Shown here piece after piece: positions 26,393-41,461 of a DNA stretch of 64,000 bases (position 1 is its first letter; each line of letters opens with the position of its first letter). The notes under the pieces are model-generated. The model saw only the letters and a program-made list of their open reading frames with translations. It searched no databases and was not told the DNA's origin. This stretch comes from the human T2T-CHM13v2.0 reference genome, Homo sapiens. The translations under genes and the position numbers were made by a program. The stretch lies in NCBI RefSeq assembly GCF_009914755.1, contig NC_060929.1; one strand, given 5' to 3'.

Positions 26393-27857
26393 GGTGGATA
26401 AAGTTTCTCAGTCACATGTTGGAAGCCAGATGCATGAGAATGGAAATGATCCAATCAAAGTCAAGTTTAAATTGGCAGTGTTTGAATTTTGCATATTCCT
26501 CTATTCTCTTATTGAAATACAATGTAATTGTATGTTCTATTTCTAAGCATATGAATAAAGTCTAAATTTATTTTCCTAGTTATTTAAGTGTTCAAGTACC
26601 TTGCATCATATTTTATGCCTAATGTCATTGCTGAGCGCTGCCTAAACTCCTTACCTTTAATTTCTTAATTGCTGTAATCTCTATCTTTCTGATTTGGGGC
26701 ATTTTTCTTTTCATTTTTTTTCTCTTTTGGATCTTTCATATTTAATATACTCCTTGTAACAAAAGTCAATTATCAATACTCCAACTCTTATTGTGATACC
26801 TCCAGTCTTTCTGAAGTCATAAGTGTATTTACAGTGCATTATGAAACACATAATTGATTTTATACTGTCAGTTGGATGATTACTTTTTAAGAACATTTCA
26901 TAGAGTTTGCATTAAAACAAACTTGATTATTTTTTAAACAAACATGATTATATTGTTCCCAAATGCCTATTACAATTTTAAGTAGAGTAACCACTTTTGG
27001 CAAAACAAAGGTTCTTCCTGGAATACTTAATGAATATAAACTATTTGCACTTAATTATTTTCTTGGTTTGTAAAAGATTGTGGTCTTAAATAGCTTGTCC
27101 TGGTTAATATACTTCCTGTGCTGTTGCTTGCTTGATTAATGTTAACTTTGCATCTTTTCATTTCTTCATTGTATAATGGTAAATTTTGTATCCTGGAGCA
27201 ATCTTAACACAGATTTTTTATTAATGTACTTTTAATTAAATTGATTTTACTACAATAATAGGTCTTGCATAGTTTTTGCTTATTTCTAATGATAAGGATA
27301 TTTACCTAAGCTCACTAGTTCTCCTCATACCACAGATAATTAAGTGTATTTATATGTGGTGCCTTCAAAAATAATTTATGTAAGTGAATATGAACTCAGT
27401 CTTCAGAGTTCTTGCATCACCTCCCTATCAATGAACTTGAGTGCTTACTCATAAAGATAATTTTAAAGATTAATGGTAATAAGGAAAAATAGTTACTGTA
27501 TACTTACATTCTAGTGAAACTGATGACAAAAAGGTCAATTACATTTTAGATAACTCTAAATAGTACACTTAATTGAGCAAGTAAGTTCACAAAAAATAAA
27601 GAAAAATCTAAGATCTTTTAGAGTAGAATCTCCTTATGCAATACCAAGTCTGTGACAACACGTCTAGGTAACAGATGACTATTTTGAGAAGTTTTCTCCT
27701 TGTAGAGGCACTACAAAAATAACAGAACAATTCTGTGTGCTTATAAGATCCAGAACTGTTATAAGGGCCAGAACACACAGAGGCCCTTATCTGTAGACTA
27801 GTAAAAGCTTATTTCCTTGTAATAAAATAGTCTTAATGCTAAAATTCAAATAAGACT

Positions 27858-28199
27858 TCATATGGTTTGGCTATGCCTCCACCCAAATCTCATCTTGAAT
27901 TCTGATGTTGTGGGAGGGATCTGGTGGGAGGTAATTGAATCATAGGGGCAGGTCTTTTCCGTGCTGTTCTCATTATAGTGAATAAGTCTTGGGAGATCTG
28001 ATGATTTTAAAAAGAGGAGTTTCCCTTCACAAGCTCTCTTCTCTTGTCTGCCACCATGTGAGACATACCTTTCACTTTCTGCCATGATTGTGAGGCCTCC
28101 TCAGCCATGTGGAACGGTAAGTCCATTAAACCTCTTTCTTTTGTAAATTGCCCAGTCTCACGTATGTCTTTATCAGCAGCATGAAAATAGACTAATATA
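27858..28199 (+). mobile_element. THE1A 5' LTR
   Basis: atatggtttggct...cacccaaatctcatcttgaa...aagtccattaaacctctttcttttgtaaattgcccagtctc...actaatata. Confidence 0.93.
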
Positions 28200-29335
28200 G
28201 TATACAGGCACCAGGAGTGGGGTGCTGCTGAAAAGATACCTGAAAATGTGGAAGTGACTTTAGAACTGGGTAACAGGCAGAAGTTGGAACAGTTTGGAGG
28301 GCTCAGAAGAAGAGAGAAAAATGTGGGAAAGTTTGGAACTCCCTAGAGACTTGTTGAATGGCTTTGACAAAAATTCTGATAACGATATGGACAAAGAGTT
28401 CCAGGCTGAGGTGGTCTCAGATGGAGATTAGGAACTTGTTGGGAACTGGAGCAAAGGTGACTTTTGTTATGTTTTAGCAAACAGACTGGTAGCATTTTGC
28501 CCCTGCCCTAGAGATTTGTGGAACTTTGAAGTTGAGAGACATGATTTAGGGTATCTGGCAGAAGAAATTTCTCAGCAGCAAAGCATTCAAGAGGTGACTT
28601 GGGTGCTGTTAAAGGCATTCTGTTTTAAAAGGGAAACAGAGCATAAAAGTTTGGAAAATTTGCAGCCTGACAATGCTATAGAAAAGAAAATCCCATTTTC
28701 TGAGGAGAAATTCAAGCTGGATACAGAAATTTGCATAAGTAACAAGGAGTCAAGTGTTAATCACCAAGACAATGGGGAAAATGTCTCCAGGTTATGTTAA
28801 CAGAAGAGACCTTTGAGGAAGCCCTTCCCATCACAGGCCCAGAAGTTTAGGAGGAAAACATGGTTTCGTGGGCCAGGCCCAGTTTTCCTGTGCTGGGCGC
28901 AGTCTAGGGACTTGGTGTCTTGCTTCCCAGCTGTTCCAGCCATGACTAAAAGGGCCAACGTATAGAGCTTGGGCTGTTGCTTCAGAGGGTGGAAGCCCCA
29001 AGCCTTGGCAGCTTCCAAGTGGTGTTGAGCCTGTGGGTGCACAGAAGTCAAGAATTGAGGTTTGGGAACCTCTGCCTAGATTTCAGAGGATGTATGGAAA
29101 TGCCTGAATGCCCAAGAAGACATTTGCTGCAGGGCTGGGGCCCTCATGGAGGAGCAACTAACTTGCTTTTGATTCTACAGGCTCATAGACAGAAGGGACT
29201 TGCCTTGTCTCAGATGAGACTTTGGACTGTGGACTTTTGAGTTAATGCTGAAATGAGTTAAGACTCTAGGGGACTATTGGGAAGGCATAATTGGTTTTTA
29301 AATGTGAGAACATGAGATTTGGGAGGGGCCAGGGG
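28200..29335 (+). mobile_element. THE1-int internal region with a deletion near 29150
   Basis: gctgaaaagatacctgaaaatgtggaag...tttggagggctcagaagaag...gagatttgggaggggccagggg (PPT). Confidence 0.95.
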
Positions 29336-29517
29336 AGTTTCCCTGCACAAGCTCTCTTCTTTTGTCTGCCACCATGTGAGACATGCCTTTCACCTTCCAC
29401 CATGATTGTGGAGCCTCCCCAGCCATGTGGAACTCTTAAGTCCATTAAACCTCTTTTTTTGTAAATTGCCCAGTCTTAGGTATGTCTTTATCAGCAGTGT
29501 GAAAATGAACTAATACA
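29331..29517 (+). mobile_element. THE1A 3' LTR lacking its first ~160 bp
   Basis: Collinear with 28013-28199; ends ctaataca. Confidence 0.93.
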
Positions 29518-29556
29518 AACTTTAAATACATATTTGTATATATTTATACTTTTGTA

Positions 29557-29560
<4 letters not shown>

Positions 29561-29603
<43 letters not shown>
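29561..29603. repeat. (AT)21 microsatellite
   Basis: Directly visible. Confidence 0.98.
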
Positions 29604-29604
<1 letters not shown>

Positions 29605-30947
29605 TTTTGTTTATATGCTTTGGGGATATTGAAACTGAAGTATTTTAATTTTACTGGATTTTACATTTTATAACTTTAGAAATATCTTCAGATCCATTAA
29701 GGAACACAGAAAGCAGTAAAGCAGTATAGGATATCAAAAGCACTGAGAAAACTAATTTAAAAATAACTATTTACATGAATTATTTTACACAAACTTGAAT
29801 TGATAATTATTCTCAAATTCACACACTAATAAAATAATACATTCCTCATCAGTACTAGTCGTTTTTATTCTCATTGTTGTAACAGTAAGCATGCAATTTT
29901 CTAATATTTGATAAATAAGGTAATGCAATATGGCCAATAAATATTATTGAGGCAAAAGTCACCAGAAAATTAAACTACTGTAAGCAATATGTTTGCTATT
30001 GACAGGAAATTATTAGTTTACAGCCCTAAATATCCTGTCATGAATTTTGCTTATGGCACAAAGTAGCTTTTGTTCAGAGACCTTATAACTCTAATTTTCC
30101 ACTTATTTGCAGGACTTTTTGATTGCCTTTTATGTGCTCCACCAGCCGTAGGCCATGGGCCATATCAGTTTGCTTAACATCTATTACCTGAGCAGCATCT
30201 TACCCAGATTTGTCACACAGAGCGTGCTTACTCAATAAAGAACATCTTATTGAATGAGGATTCTGGTCAGACACATGCTGTTTTTAACATCAACATTTCA
30301 ACAAAGGCATGTAATTCTAATGTATTGTCAAGTATTCTTGTAAGTACTAAAAATATAGAGAAGATAATACAGAATATCTTCAAATTAAGACCTTGCTCCA
30401 GACCCTAGGTGGTAAGCAAGCCACATAAGTATTCACAGTGTGGTAAGTTCTACAATGGATAAGTGCATATTATGTTTTATATCACAGATTTAATATTTTT
30501 CTTTGAAAAAATATGGAGAATAAAAATGCATGACTTCTTTGAGGGGGAAAACAACTAAATTCTATTAGTAGTTAAGTGTATATTTTTGTTCTAATAATTA
30601 CAAATAGTAGTATTTCTCTCATTGAGAGACTAGACTGCATCAGTGGTATGCTTAGCAATACAATCTGTTTCATATCCTAATATAGATTAGACAATCAATA
30701 TATCTTAGTTTCTTCTACTTTAATAATTTTGAAGTGTCTCCAGACACTAGTTAAAAATAGAAATTCTGACAAAAAAAGTGCATAAATGGCAGCTGAGTGC
30801 TGCTGGCTGATACAAACACAAAAGCACAAATTAGATTGGATGACACATATATATTGATTTGTGCATTGGTTTTATTGATGCCACTGACCCTGACCCCTAA
30901 TCATAAATGCCTGAACCAAAAGTTCACACACTCTGTCTCAAGGTAAG

Positions 30948-31337
30948 TGCCTTAGTCTGATTAGGCTAGTATAAGAGAATACCTTAGATTGGATAATTTG
31001 TAAGCACCAGAAATTTATTGCGCACAGTTACAGAGCCTGGGAAGTCGAAGATCAAGAAGTCAACAGACGTCTTGATTTCAAAATGTAAAATTTTGAAATT
31101 CAGTATTTGCTGATGACCCATTCCTCAGAGACAGCGCTTTCCAGTTGTCCTTAAATGGTCAAAGGATCAAACCAGTTTCCTCAAGCCTCACTTATAAGGG
31201 CACTAATCCCATTCATGAGAGCAGAGTCCTCATGACCAAATCACCTCTCAAAGCCCTCACCTCCTAATATTATCACAATGGGGATTGAATGTCAACATAT
31301 GAATTTTTGACGAGACACAAACATTCAGAACATGGCA
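30948..31337 (-). mobile_element. MLT1A0 solo LTR
   Basis: ttataagggcactaatcccattcatgag...cctcctaata...caacatatgaattt...gacacaaacattcaga. Confidence 0.9.
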
Positions 31338-31484
31338 CTAGGATAGAGACTGGAAAAACTTTAATGGAGGCACACAGATAATAAGGGAGAGAGCAGGATA
31401 AAGATGGCCTATGAAGCTGTTCCTCCCAAAGGCTGCTTGTATAACTCTCCCTTCATTCTTGTAAACTGCCTGCACATTATTGTT

Positions 31485-31825
31485 TGTCTTAGTTTGGGAT
31501 GCCCACAATTCCATAGACTGAGTGGCTTAGACAATTCAAATTCCTTCACACTCTGGGAAGTCTGAGATCAGGGTGCCAACGTGGTTAGGTTCTAGTGAAG
31601 GCCCTCTTCCTGGTGATGTCCTCAGATGATCTTTGTTGGAAGTAGAGAGTGTGTGTATGTCTCCCTTTTTATAAGAACAATAATCCATCATGAGGTCCCC
31701 AAACTTGTGACCTCATCTAAACCTAAATACCGGAAGGCTCACCTCCTATACCATCCTCATGGCGGGGGGGGGGGTTAGGATTTTAATGTAAAATTTTGGG
31801 AAAGATGCAAAAATAATCTATAACA
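31485..31825 (-). mobile_element. MLT1A-family solo LTR
   Basis: tgtcttagt...gggaagtctgagatcagggtgcca...tgacctcatctaaacctaa...ataaca; exact TSD ttgtt at 31480-31484 and 31826-31830. Confidence 0.88.
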
Positions 31826-33864
31826 TTGTTTCTCCAGTTAGTCACAATCAGTAGGTATTTTGACTGAATCTTGAACGAATCTACAAATTTAGAAAAATCC
31901 TCAAGAAACCGACATTTACTGTAAAAAAATATTAAATTGTTTCTTAGATGCTAAACTCTTAGTGTGCACAGGAGCATGTTCTATACACACAATTTTTCTT
32001 TGGAGTGTTTGTAGCAAACACTGAATAGCTTCATAGAGAAGCTGTTACTGCTACTGTCAAAAACCACAGAAATAATAAACTTAACAATATCAATACAAAT
32101 ACAAAAATTTCAAAATTAAAAGTATTTTTAAGATTGAAACAATTTCATCTTCTTCACTCTTCAATTCTACAAATCATATGAATCAAGGATTCATAAAGAA
32201 TGAATGAATGGTATATAATGAGAGCATTGCTTCTATTCTCTGAAAGCATTCAAAACATGCCCATTCTAGTGGTGCTGGAAGAATTAAAATTAAACCAGAA
32301 AATGTACTTTGCGGCCACCTTAAAAATCTTTGTTTTTATTACTTAGTAATAGAAGGCAGTAATCTAAAAGTAAAACTCTAAAGTGTTTTTTCTTGTACAG
32401 CATTTGAACTTCTTTAGTACTAGATATTTTCAAATAAAGAAGGAAAGAACAACAAAAATTCTAATAATGTACTTGTATATTTTCATCATTTAGGAATTGC
32501 AAAGATTATGATCTTATTTATTTACCTTTACTACATCAGCTTGAAAGCTCTCTCCTTACCTTGTTTGATTCTTAATCACTTTGAATACATGTAAGGCTTG
32601 AGTTTTAGAGATCTATATCTTTAAAGGTAGCTATATGAAATGAATGCATTATTTTATATTAAACAGTCATTTTCCATTAAACTAAGAAATCGATATGTTC
32701 CTGTTAAACTTCCAAGTTCATGGAGTACAGTTGAGGTTATCCATGGGACGTTCAGACAAGGCATATGCACATTAATCACCAGCTGCATGTTGCAATTAAA
32801 ATTCATAACTACAGTACCTTAAAACATACGCCTCTAGGCATACTAAAAGCACATGGCCATCATTCATTTCCTAATGAATACAATGATGTCACCATTCTTA
32901 TCACCACTAAACTTCCAGGTATAATTTTAGGAAATTAGAAGACAATAAGTATACTGATGAAGAAAAGTGGAAAATTTGCAAATCCAAATTAGAGTATGTG
33001 TTCATTCCTAACCTGATGAAATCTCACACTTTCAAAAGAGGAATGTCACAGACAATAAAGAAATCTCCTTTTCTTTCTTCCTCTAAAGAGGATGCATTTT
33101 GAAGAAACTTAGTGTTCTTTCACTACATAGTTATAATAATAAGAATGATGTCAACCTTTAATTTGTCTTTTCCAAAAATTTTAATTAGAAAGAAAAAAAA
33201 TGCCTTGTGACCAGGGACCAGTTGTTATGTAGATTATTTACCACACTGAATTTCTAAACACTAATTGAATATTATTATTAACAGTGATGTGTCCTATTGG
33301 CAGAGGACAGATCTCCTGGGCATATTACTTGGATAGTAGAAATATTGTCCATATATTATTTAATTCACATTTTAATTTAATTGATGATGATAACAACTAG
33401 AAATCATGGAGGTTTATTATGAATCATCATTTGCCCTTCTATTCCTTCATTAGTCCAGATGGGAATTTATTATGTACATGCTACTATCTGGAAAATATTA
33501 CATAAAGATGTTGCCAGAGGTAAAATTATGAAGACTTATCTACCTAACATGTAAGAAATAGAACAAACAGACTCTTTCTGTTAAACTGTTTACACTTAAA
33601 GTAAAATCTTTTTCTGCGTTTGCTATGTAGAGGTCTGATATAACACCAGATCACATGTCTGTACACGTTCTGAGCATTCATTGCCTCATCTATTCTACAA
33701 GAACACTGAACTAGCAAGCAAGCTCCTTGAGGAACAAACAGTAAACAGATAGCAACAGTGTCCTTTGATGAGTGCCATCTTGGAAGGATATAAACAATAC
33801 AGTTGTAGTCACCCAACCTAGGGGGAAGGGAGAAGGGGCAGGATGGGCAACAAAGATTGTTTCT

Positions 33865-34090
33865 CTATTGGCTTGGCTTCTGGAGTTGGAGAGACCTGAA
33901 TGTGCCTGCCTCATTAACTAACTGTATGGCCTTGGTAAACAGCTTACTCTTTCTCTATTACCTTCACTTGAACTGGAAATGGTCATATTAAATATCTCAC
34001 AGTTGTGAAAAAGTAATGAATGAAATACATGAATTCCACTTAGCTTACTGACTCAGGGAGTGCAAAAGAAACCCTGTTGCTATTAATATT
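33865..34090 (+). mobile_element. MIR (MIRb-like)
   Basis: ctggagttggagagacctg...aactgtatggccttggtaaa...tgaaatacatg...ttgctatta. Confidence 0.7.
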
Positions 34091-34189
34091 GTTGTAATTA
34101 TTTTTGATCTTTTGTATTATTATTAATAATAATACATTGTATCTTCTCTTTTGATTTTTACAAAACTAACAGGTAATATCCAACTCACG

Positions 34190-34310
34190 TATTTTATTCC
34201 ATTTAAGAGGTAAAGAAAGGTGCTCATAGCATGTTGATGACTTGCCCGAAGACACAAGCTGGAAAATGACAGGGTCTAGAATAAAATCGAGTTGCTTAAC
34301 TCTGTTTCCT
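34190..34310 (-). mobile_element. MIR fragment
   Basis: tgacttgcccgaagacacaagctggaaaatgacag. Confidence 0.7.
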
Positions 34311-34943
34311 GCTCTGTAATAACCGTAGCTGAACCAGGTTATAGTGTGAGTTCTTGACAACCATATTTGTATTATATGGATGACTATGTTGATTGCTTCA
34401 GCAATTCCTACAAAACACATTGGGCAGCCACATAGAGTTTCTGGGGTTAAATAATACGTACTACTAACTGTTCATCTATATCTTATTCACAATCTCTCTC
34501 TTCTCCATTGATTTCTGGAATGGAGCATTTACTAATCTTCATCCAGTGTTGCTCTGGAAAGTTTCATCTTGAGATTGCATCATTATACATTCAGTATATA
34601 CCAAATACCTTACTCCTTCACTGATTCACAAGTATTTTAACACTCTGATATTTAGGAAGCATGACTACTTCACATTCATTAGATTTTTAAAATATATTTT
34701 TAAAAGTTTGAGGTGTATATTTCATTACACAAGTGCAAATATATGTTTCTGGGCTATGCATTCAAGTAGAAGGTATCTAAGAAGTCTACTAATTTTAATT
34801 AATTACCTCATGGTTAAAACCCTTGAATTATTTTCAAATAGAAAATAACCAAAATTTTATTTTAAAAGAAAGAATGCCATGAAATTATACGTTTTTGTAC
34901 AGCAATAACTAGTTATGTAAAATCATTAAGCTCCTGGGTATTG

Positions 34944-34945
<2 letters not shown>

Positions 34946-34983
<38 letters not shown>
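34946..34983. repeat. (GT)19 microsatellite
   Basis: Directly visible. Confidence 0.98.
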
Positions 34984-34985
<2 letters not shown>

Positions 34986-37874
34986 GATAAGTGCCCAGGA
35001 GCAGTTTTTTTTTCTAACTATTGAAGGTTAATTTCTGAATATGGGCATGAGAGGGTAAACTTCATTCTTAGCCATGTTTCATTTTTTTCCTAACCTAAGA
35101 AAGAAAAACCTGGTAGTGTGAAAGCATTTTGCTAAGTTCCATGCCTGAGTAGTATATTGTCAGGTAATTAGTGGAGATCATTGCATTGCATGCTGGGTGG
35201 AATAAGGGCTGCAAGATCGGGATCTGTCACATCGCTTCACTTGTAATGAATTTCTGAAATAATTTTTAAGGATGCTGCATATTAAACTATAAAAGGAGCA
35301 ATTTGTGAATGTTTTAGAGCTAGCAACTGATTTTAACTTTTAAAATTATCTAAATGATTCTGAACATTCGTCCCTTCCAAAGATCTATAAGTAAAGGAAT
35401 ACAAATGTATTTCCAAAAGTGTCACTATATATAAAAAAGATCTGAAACATTGTGATTGTTTCAAATTTTTAGAAATCTGGTAATTTCTTACGCTAGGTTT
35501 CACATTGGATTTATTAGATAGAATTAGGAGATTGTTTGTTTTTGTTGAATTTTGTACAAATTCAACCTTAATGCATATTTCACTATGAAATAGAGGCAGA
35601 ATTTACTTATAATAGTTATCTTTCAGTTTGGTTTCTGTATCTGACAGTATGACATGAAATCCATCAAACAGTAAAACAGAAGGAAAAAAAAATCTCTAAG
35701 CATATACATTCATGGAAACATAAATCAAACTGCAAACCCTACAGTGTTAAGAAAATATGAATCTCTTTTCCCAGTAATGGAATCACCTTGAATTCCTTAA
35801 ATCAATAGTTCACTGAACCTGAAGAACAATTTTCAAGCCCTGGCACATATGTAATCTGGTTTACGCAATGTGCTAGAACTTGTTCAATAGGAGAACTTAG
35901 TTCAGCTGTTAGAATAAAAATGTCTTTACAATACAGACTGCTTAAGCACAAGATACTAGTGAACATCAAAATTTCAGAATATTGCTGTTATCACATCAAT
36001 ATTTGTGGACATTGCCTAGATACTTAATAATTTGGGAAGAAATGAATAGTGCTAGTAAAACTTTTAAAAAGCATTATAAATAAAATCTTCATTGCATTTA
36101 AAAGTTAAATAAGTCTTATTAATATATGTATGATTGTTTTTCACTTTAAGCCAAAGGGTAGACAGGATACAACATACACGGTAGTGGTCTCTTATATGGT
36201 AACTTGTATACAACAGAGATTCTATTTAAAATTTTAAGTGTATATTACAGGCTTCCTAGAACTCAGACTATTCTAAAACTTAATAGGAACTAGTTATCTT
36301 TTGAAACCATTTACAAGCTTAACTCCAAAGAAATATTTTTTGTCTGTCTAAAGTGGAATTATAAGCAGTCCTCTAAAACCCTAATTTTTCTATACTTTTG
36401 AAAGTTTTTAACTGGAATATTAATTTTGAAGAAAAAGTGGTTCATGAGTACACTTAGGTAAAGAATGAGTTTTCCCTGTAGTTCCATTACTCTCATTAAA
36501 ACCTTCCTCCCCTCAGAAAAAAAAAGCAAAACAAAACAAAAAACTATTACTAACTTGTCATTGATATTAAAGAATAAATTAACAATTTTGCTATCTTCCA
36601 AAGTTAAGAAGAAAAATTCACAGCCATGCCTAATATCACCCAGTGAGATGATCCATAAACAAAGATTTTCTGTAAAAATGTAACTGAGGAACTCACATTG
36701 GCTTCTCTATTTTTCTACAGTTTTCAAACTGTAATGAATTTTTTATTATCATTCATTTAATTCCATGTAGGTTTATTCTTGCTGATAACATGATCTATTG
36801 TTCTCTGAGCCCTGCTGAGATTGCCATTTCTTAAACAGACAGCACTTATTGGAAATTAAACCTCTACTAATGTATTATAATTATTACTTGAGGGTAATTT
36901 GCTGCTCCAGCAGGGAGTCACAGCCAATGTGATGGTAACGTTTCTTCCAGAGAGCTGTTAATATTTCTTCTATGCTGAAATCCCACATAATGGATCTTGC
37001 CTAAGGCTGATTAATGATTTCAGAGCTGGAACAGTGATTTGTAGCTAAATCAGTCCTCACCGGAGGAGATTCAGGGTTATTTCAGTCAATACTGTTAAAT
37101 AAGTGTAAACAGTAACTTCAGTAACACACATGTAATCTAGTAGGTAAGAAAGAGTAGCAATAAAAGGAAGTAAATAATGATAATGCTGCAGTTTCTTCAT
37201 TTCATTTATGCTTATAACAGATATATGCTTATAACAGGGAAGAAACACACTGCAGTGTCATCAAACTCATGGAATTATTTCACTGCAACACATTTTTTTC
37301 TGCATTGAAAAAGCAATTTCTCAAACAAGTAAAAGCAAATTGAGCTAAGTGCCTAAAATAAATCAGCATCTTTCCCTCCTTTCTTTCCTTTATATCACCT
37401 TTTTCGCTAAAGAAGAAATTGGACAAATAACTTGTAATGAGACTTGGGCAAGAGAAATTTCAAGTATGGAAAAAGGTTTCGTTTAGCATTATACTCTACA
37501 AGCACACAGAGTTCCAACATTGTCCATGCTGTCCAAGCTCCAGGGATTTCATCTTCACCTGAGATGAGGCAGGGCATAGACATCACAAGAAGTAACCTTG
37601 AGATTTCCTTGCCCAGAGGCATACATGAGGAATGTATAGAATCAAGACTCTCTAGTCACTGAATTTAATTCTTCTTTGTTAACGTAAAGTCAATATCAAT
37701 AAAAAGGCAGTGATATAACTGCAGTTAAGGACAATGTTACAGACCTCAAAGTGCATCTTTCAACTTGTATTTCACAAGGGAGTCCTATCTCCCATGATCC
37801 AGAGATCTTTAAACATTGTGATGTGCATTGTTTGTCTGAGGCCCTTGGCTTTTTAAAAAATACTCTTTAAATCA

Positions 37875-38091
37875 TTTTTTTTCCTAATTTTTGAGGGTAC
37901 ATAGTAGGTGTATAAATTTATGGGACACACGAGACATTTTGATTCAGGCATGCAATGCACAGTTATCACATCATGGAGAATGGGGTATCCATCCCTCAAG
38001 CATTTATCCTTTGAGTTACAAACAATTCAATTACATTCTTTAAGTTATTTTATAATATACAATTAAGTTGTTATTGAATATAGTCACCCCT
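37875..38091 (-). mobile_element. L1MA2/3-like 3' end
   Basis: gggtacatagtaggtgtata...cacatcatggagaatggggtatccatccctcaagcatttatcc. Confidence 0.9.
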
Positions 38092-38809
38092 GGATTTTGA
38101 CTATCAAATTTAATTAAAAAGCAGCTTCTGACTAATACTGTAAGAAAAAGAAATATTTGTGAGTTAAAAGGTGAGGATCTAGATATACACTGATTGTGAG
38201 CACAGCCATTCAAATGATTGTGAAGTCAAAGTGAGAACTGCGTATGCCATTACCAGCTAAATAACATAATTCCAGGTAAAGCATAAAAGATGGGCTGTCA
38301 CGTATTCTTAGGTTTTCAAACGCGTAGGAGAATCTAGACTCAGAGAAATCTCTCAAAGAAATGTCAATGCATTTTGTAAAATGAAACTAGAGCTATAGCA
38401 ATTGGTGTTAAATTTCTGCAAATTATACCCAGCTTCCTTTCTACTTGCAACTTCGTTGTATACTAAACAGCTCTTCCCCACACATCTCTCACACACACAC
38501 TTGTGCATATACACACAGATCACTTGAGTCAATGGTTTTTATTCTTCAATCAGAATCAGTACAAAAGCACATCTTAACCTTTACTTAAATCAATACAAAA
38601 CAGTGTCCCAATTAATAGAACCAGACATGACACATGAGTTTTGTTGTTGTTGTTTTTTTCCTCCAATAGGCTCAGAAAGTCAAGTGCAAAGGGGAAAATT
38701 TCTCCCTTTGATAATAAAAATAGTTTTTTGGCAGACCTTCAATAAAGACCTCTACGTACATTTTATGGAGGTGATTTAAAGTCAAAATTCTTGAGTTCAT
38801 AGCCCATCA

Positions 38810-40345
<1,536 letters not shown>

Positions 40346-40352
40346 TTAATAC

Positions 40353-40520
40353 TGAACAATGTAATTGCCTCTTCTAAGCCTCTGTCTCTTAATCAGTAGG
40401 ATGGGGGTGATGGATAAAAGTGCCTCGTTCACTGAGTTGTTTTCAAGATTAAATTAAATTCAATAATACACATAAAATGTCTAACATTGTTTTAATACAT
40501 AGTACTTGCACTTTAGCTCT
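40353..40520 (+). mobile_element. MIR fragment
   Basis: ctaagcctctgtctctt...agttgttttcaagattaaat...acatagta. Confidence 0.6.
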
Positions 40521-40729
40521 TAACAGATCTCTACAGGTTATCATAACCTATTTCTAACCCAAGGGTTGTCTGCTCACTATAACGCTTGCTGTCATGGAAA
40601 ATATTCTGTTGTTAAAAATACTCTCTTTTTCCTTATCCCTCTGCCTCAAAAGTTGTCCCTGTATGAATTTCTCACTTAGCTACCACTGAAATACCTGATG
40701 AGGTAATTCATACTTAAAAATGAAAAATG

Positions 40730-41028
<299 letters not shown>

Positions 41029-41121
41029 AAAAATGAAAAATGATAAAATAATTTTATTCTTTAACAGAATTATGTTGTTATTATGTTGAGACAAATATAG
41101 CACTGTAAAATTCCTCCACAC

Positions 41122-41461
<340 letters not shown>

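Noticed and set aside
28516-29240. ORFs within THE1-int
   Set aside because: Broken remnants of the MaLR internal ORF, with stops and a deletion
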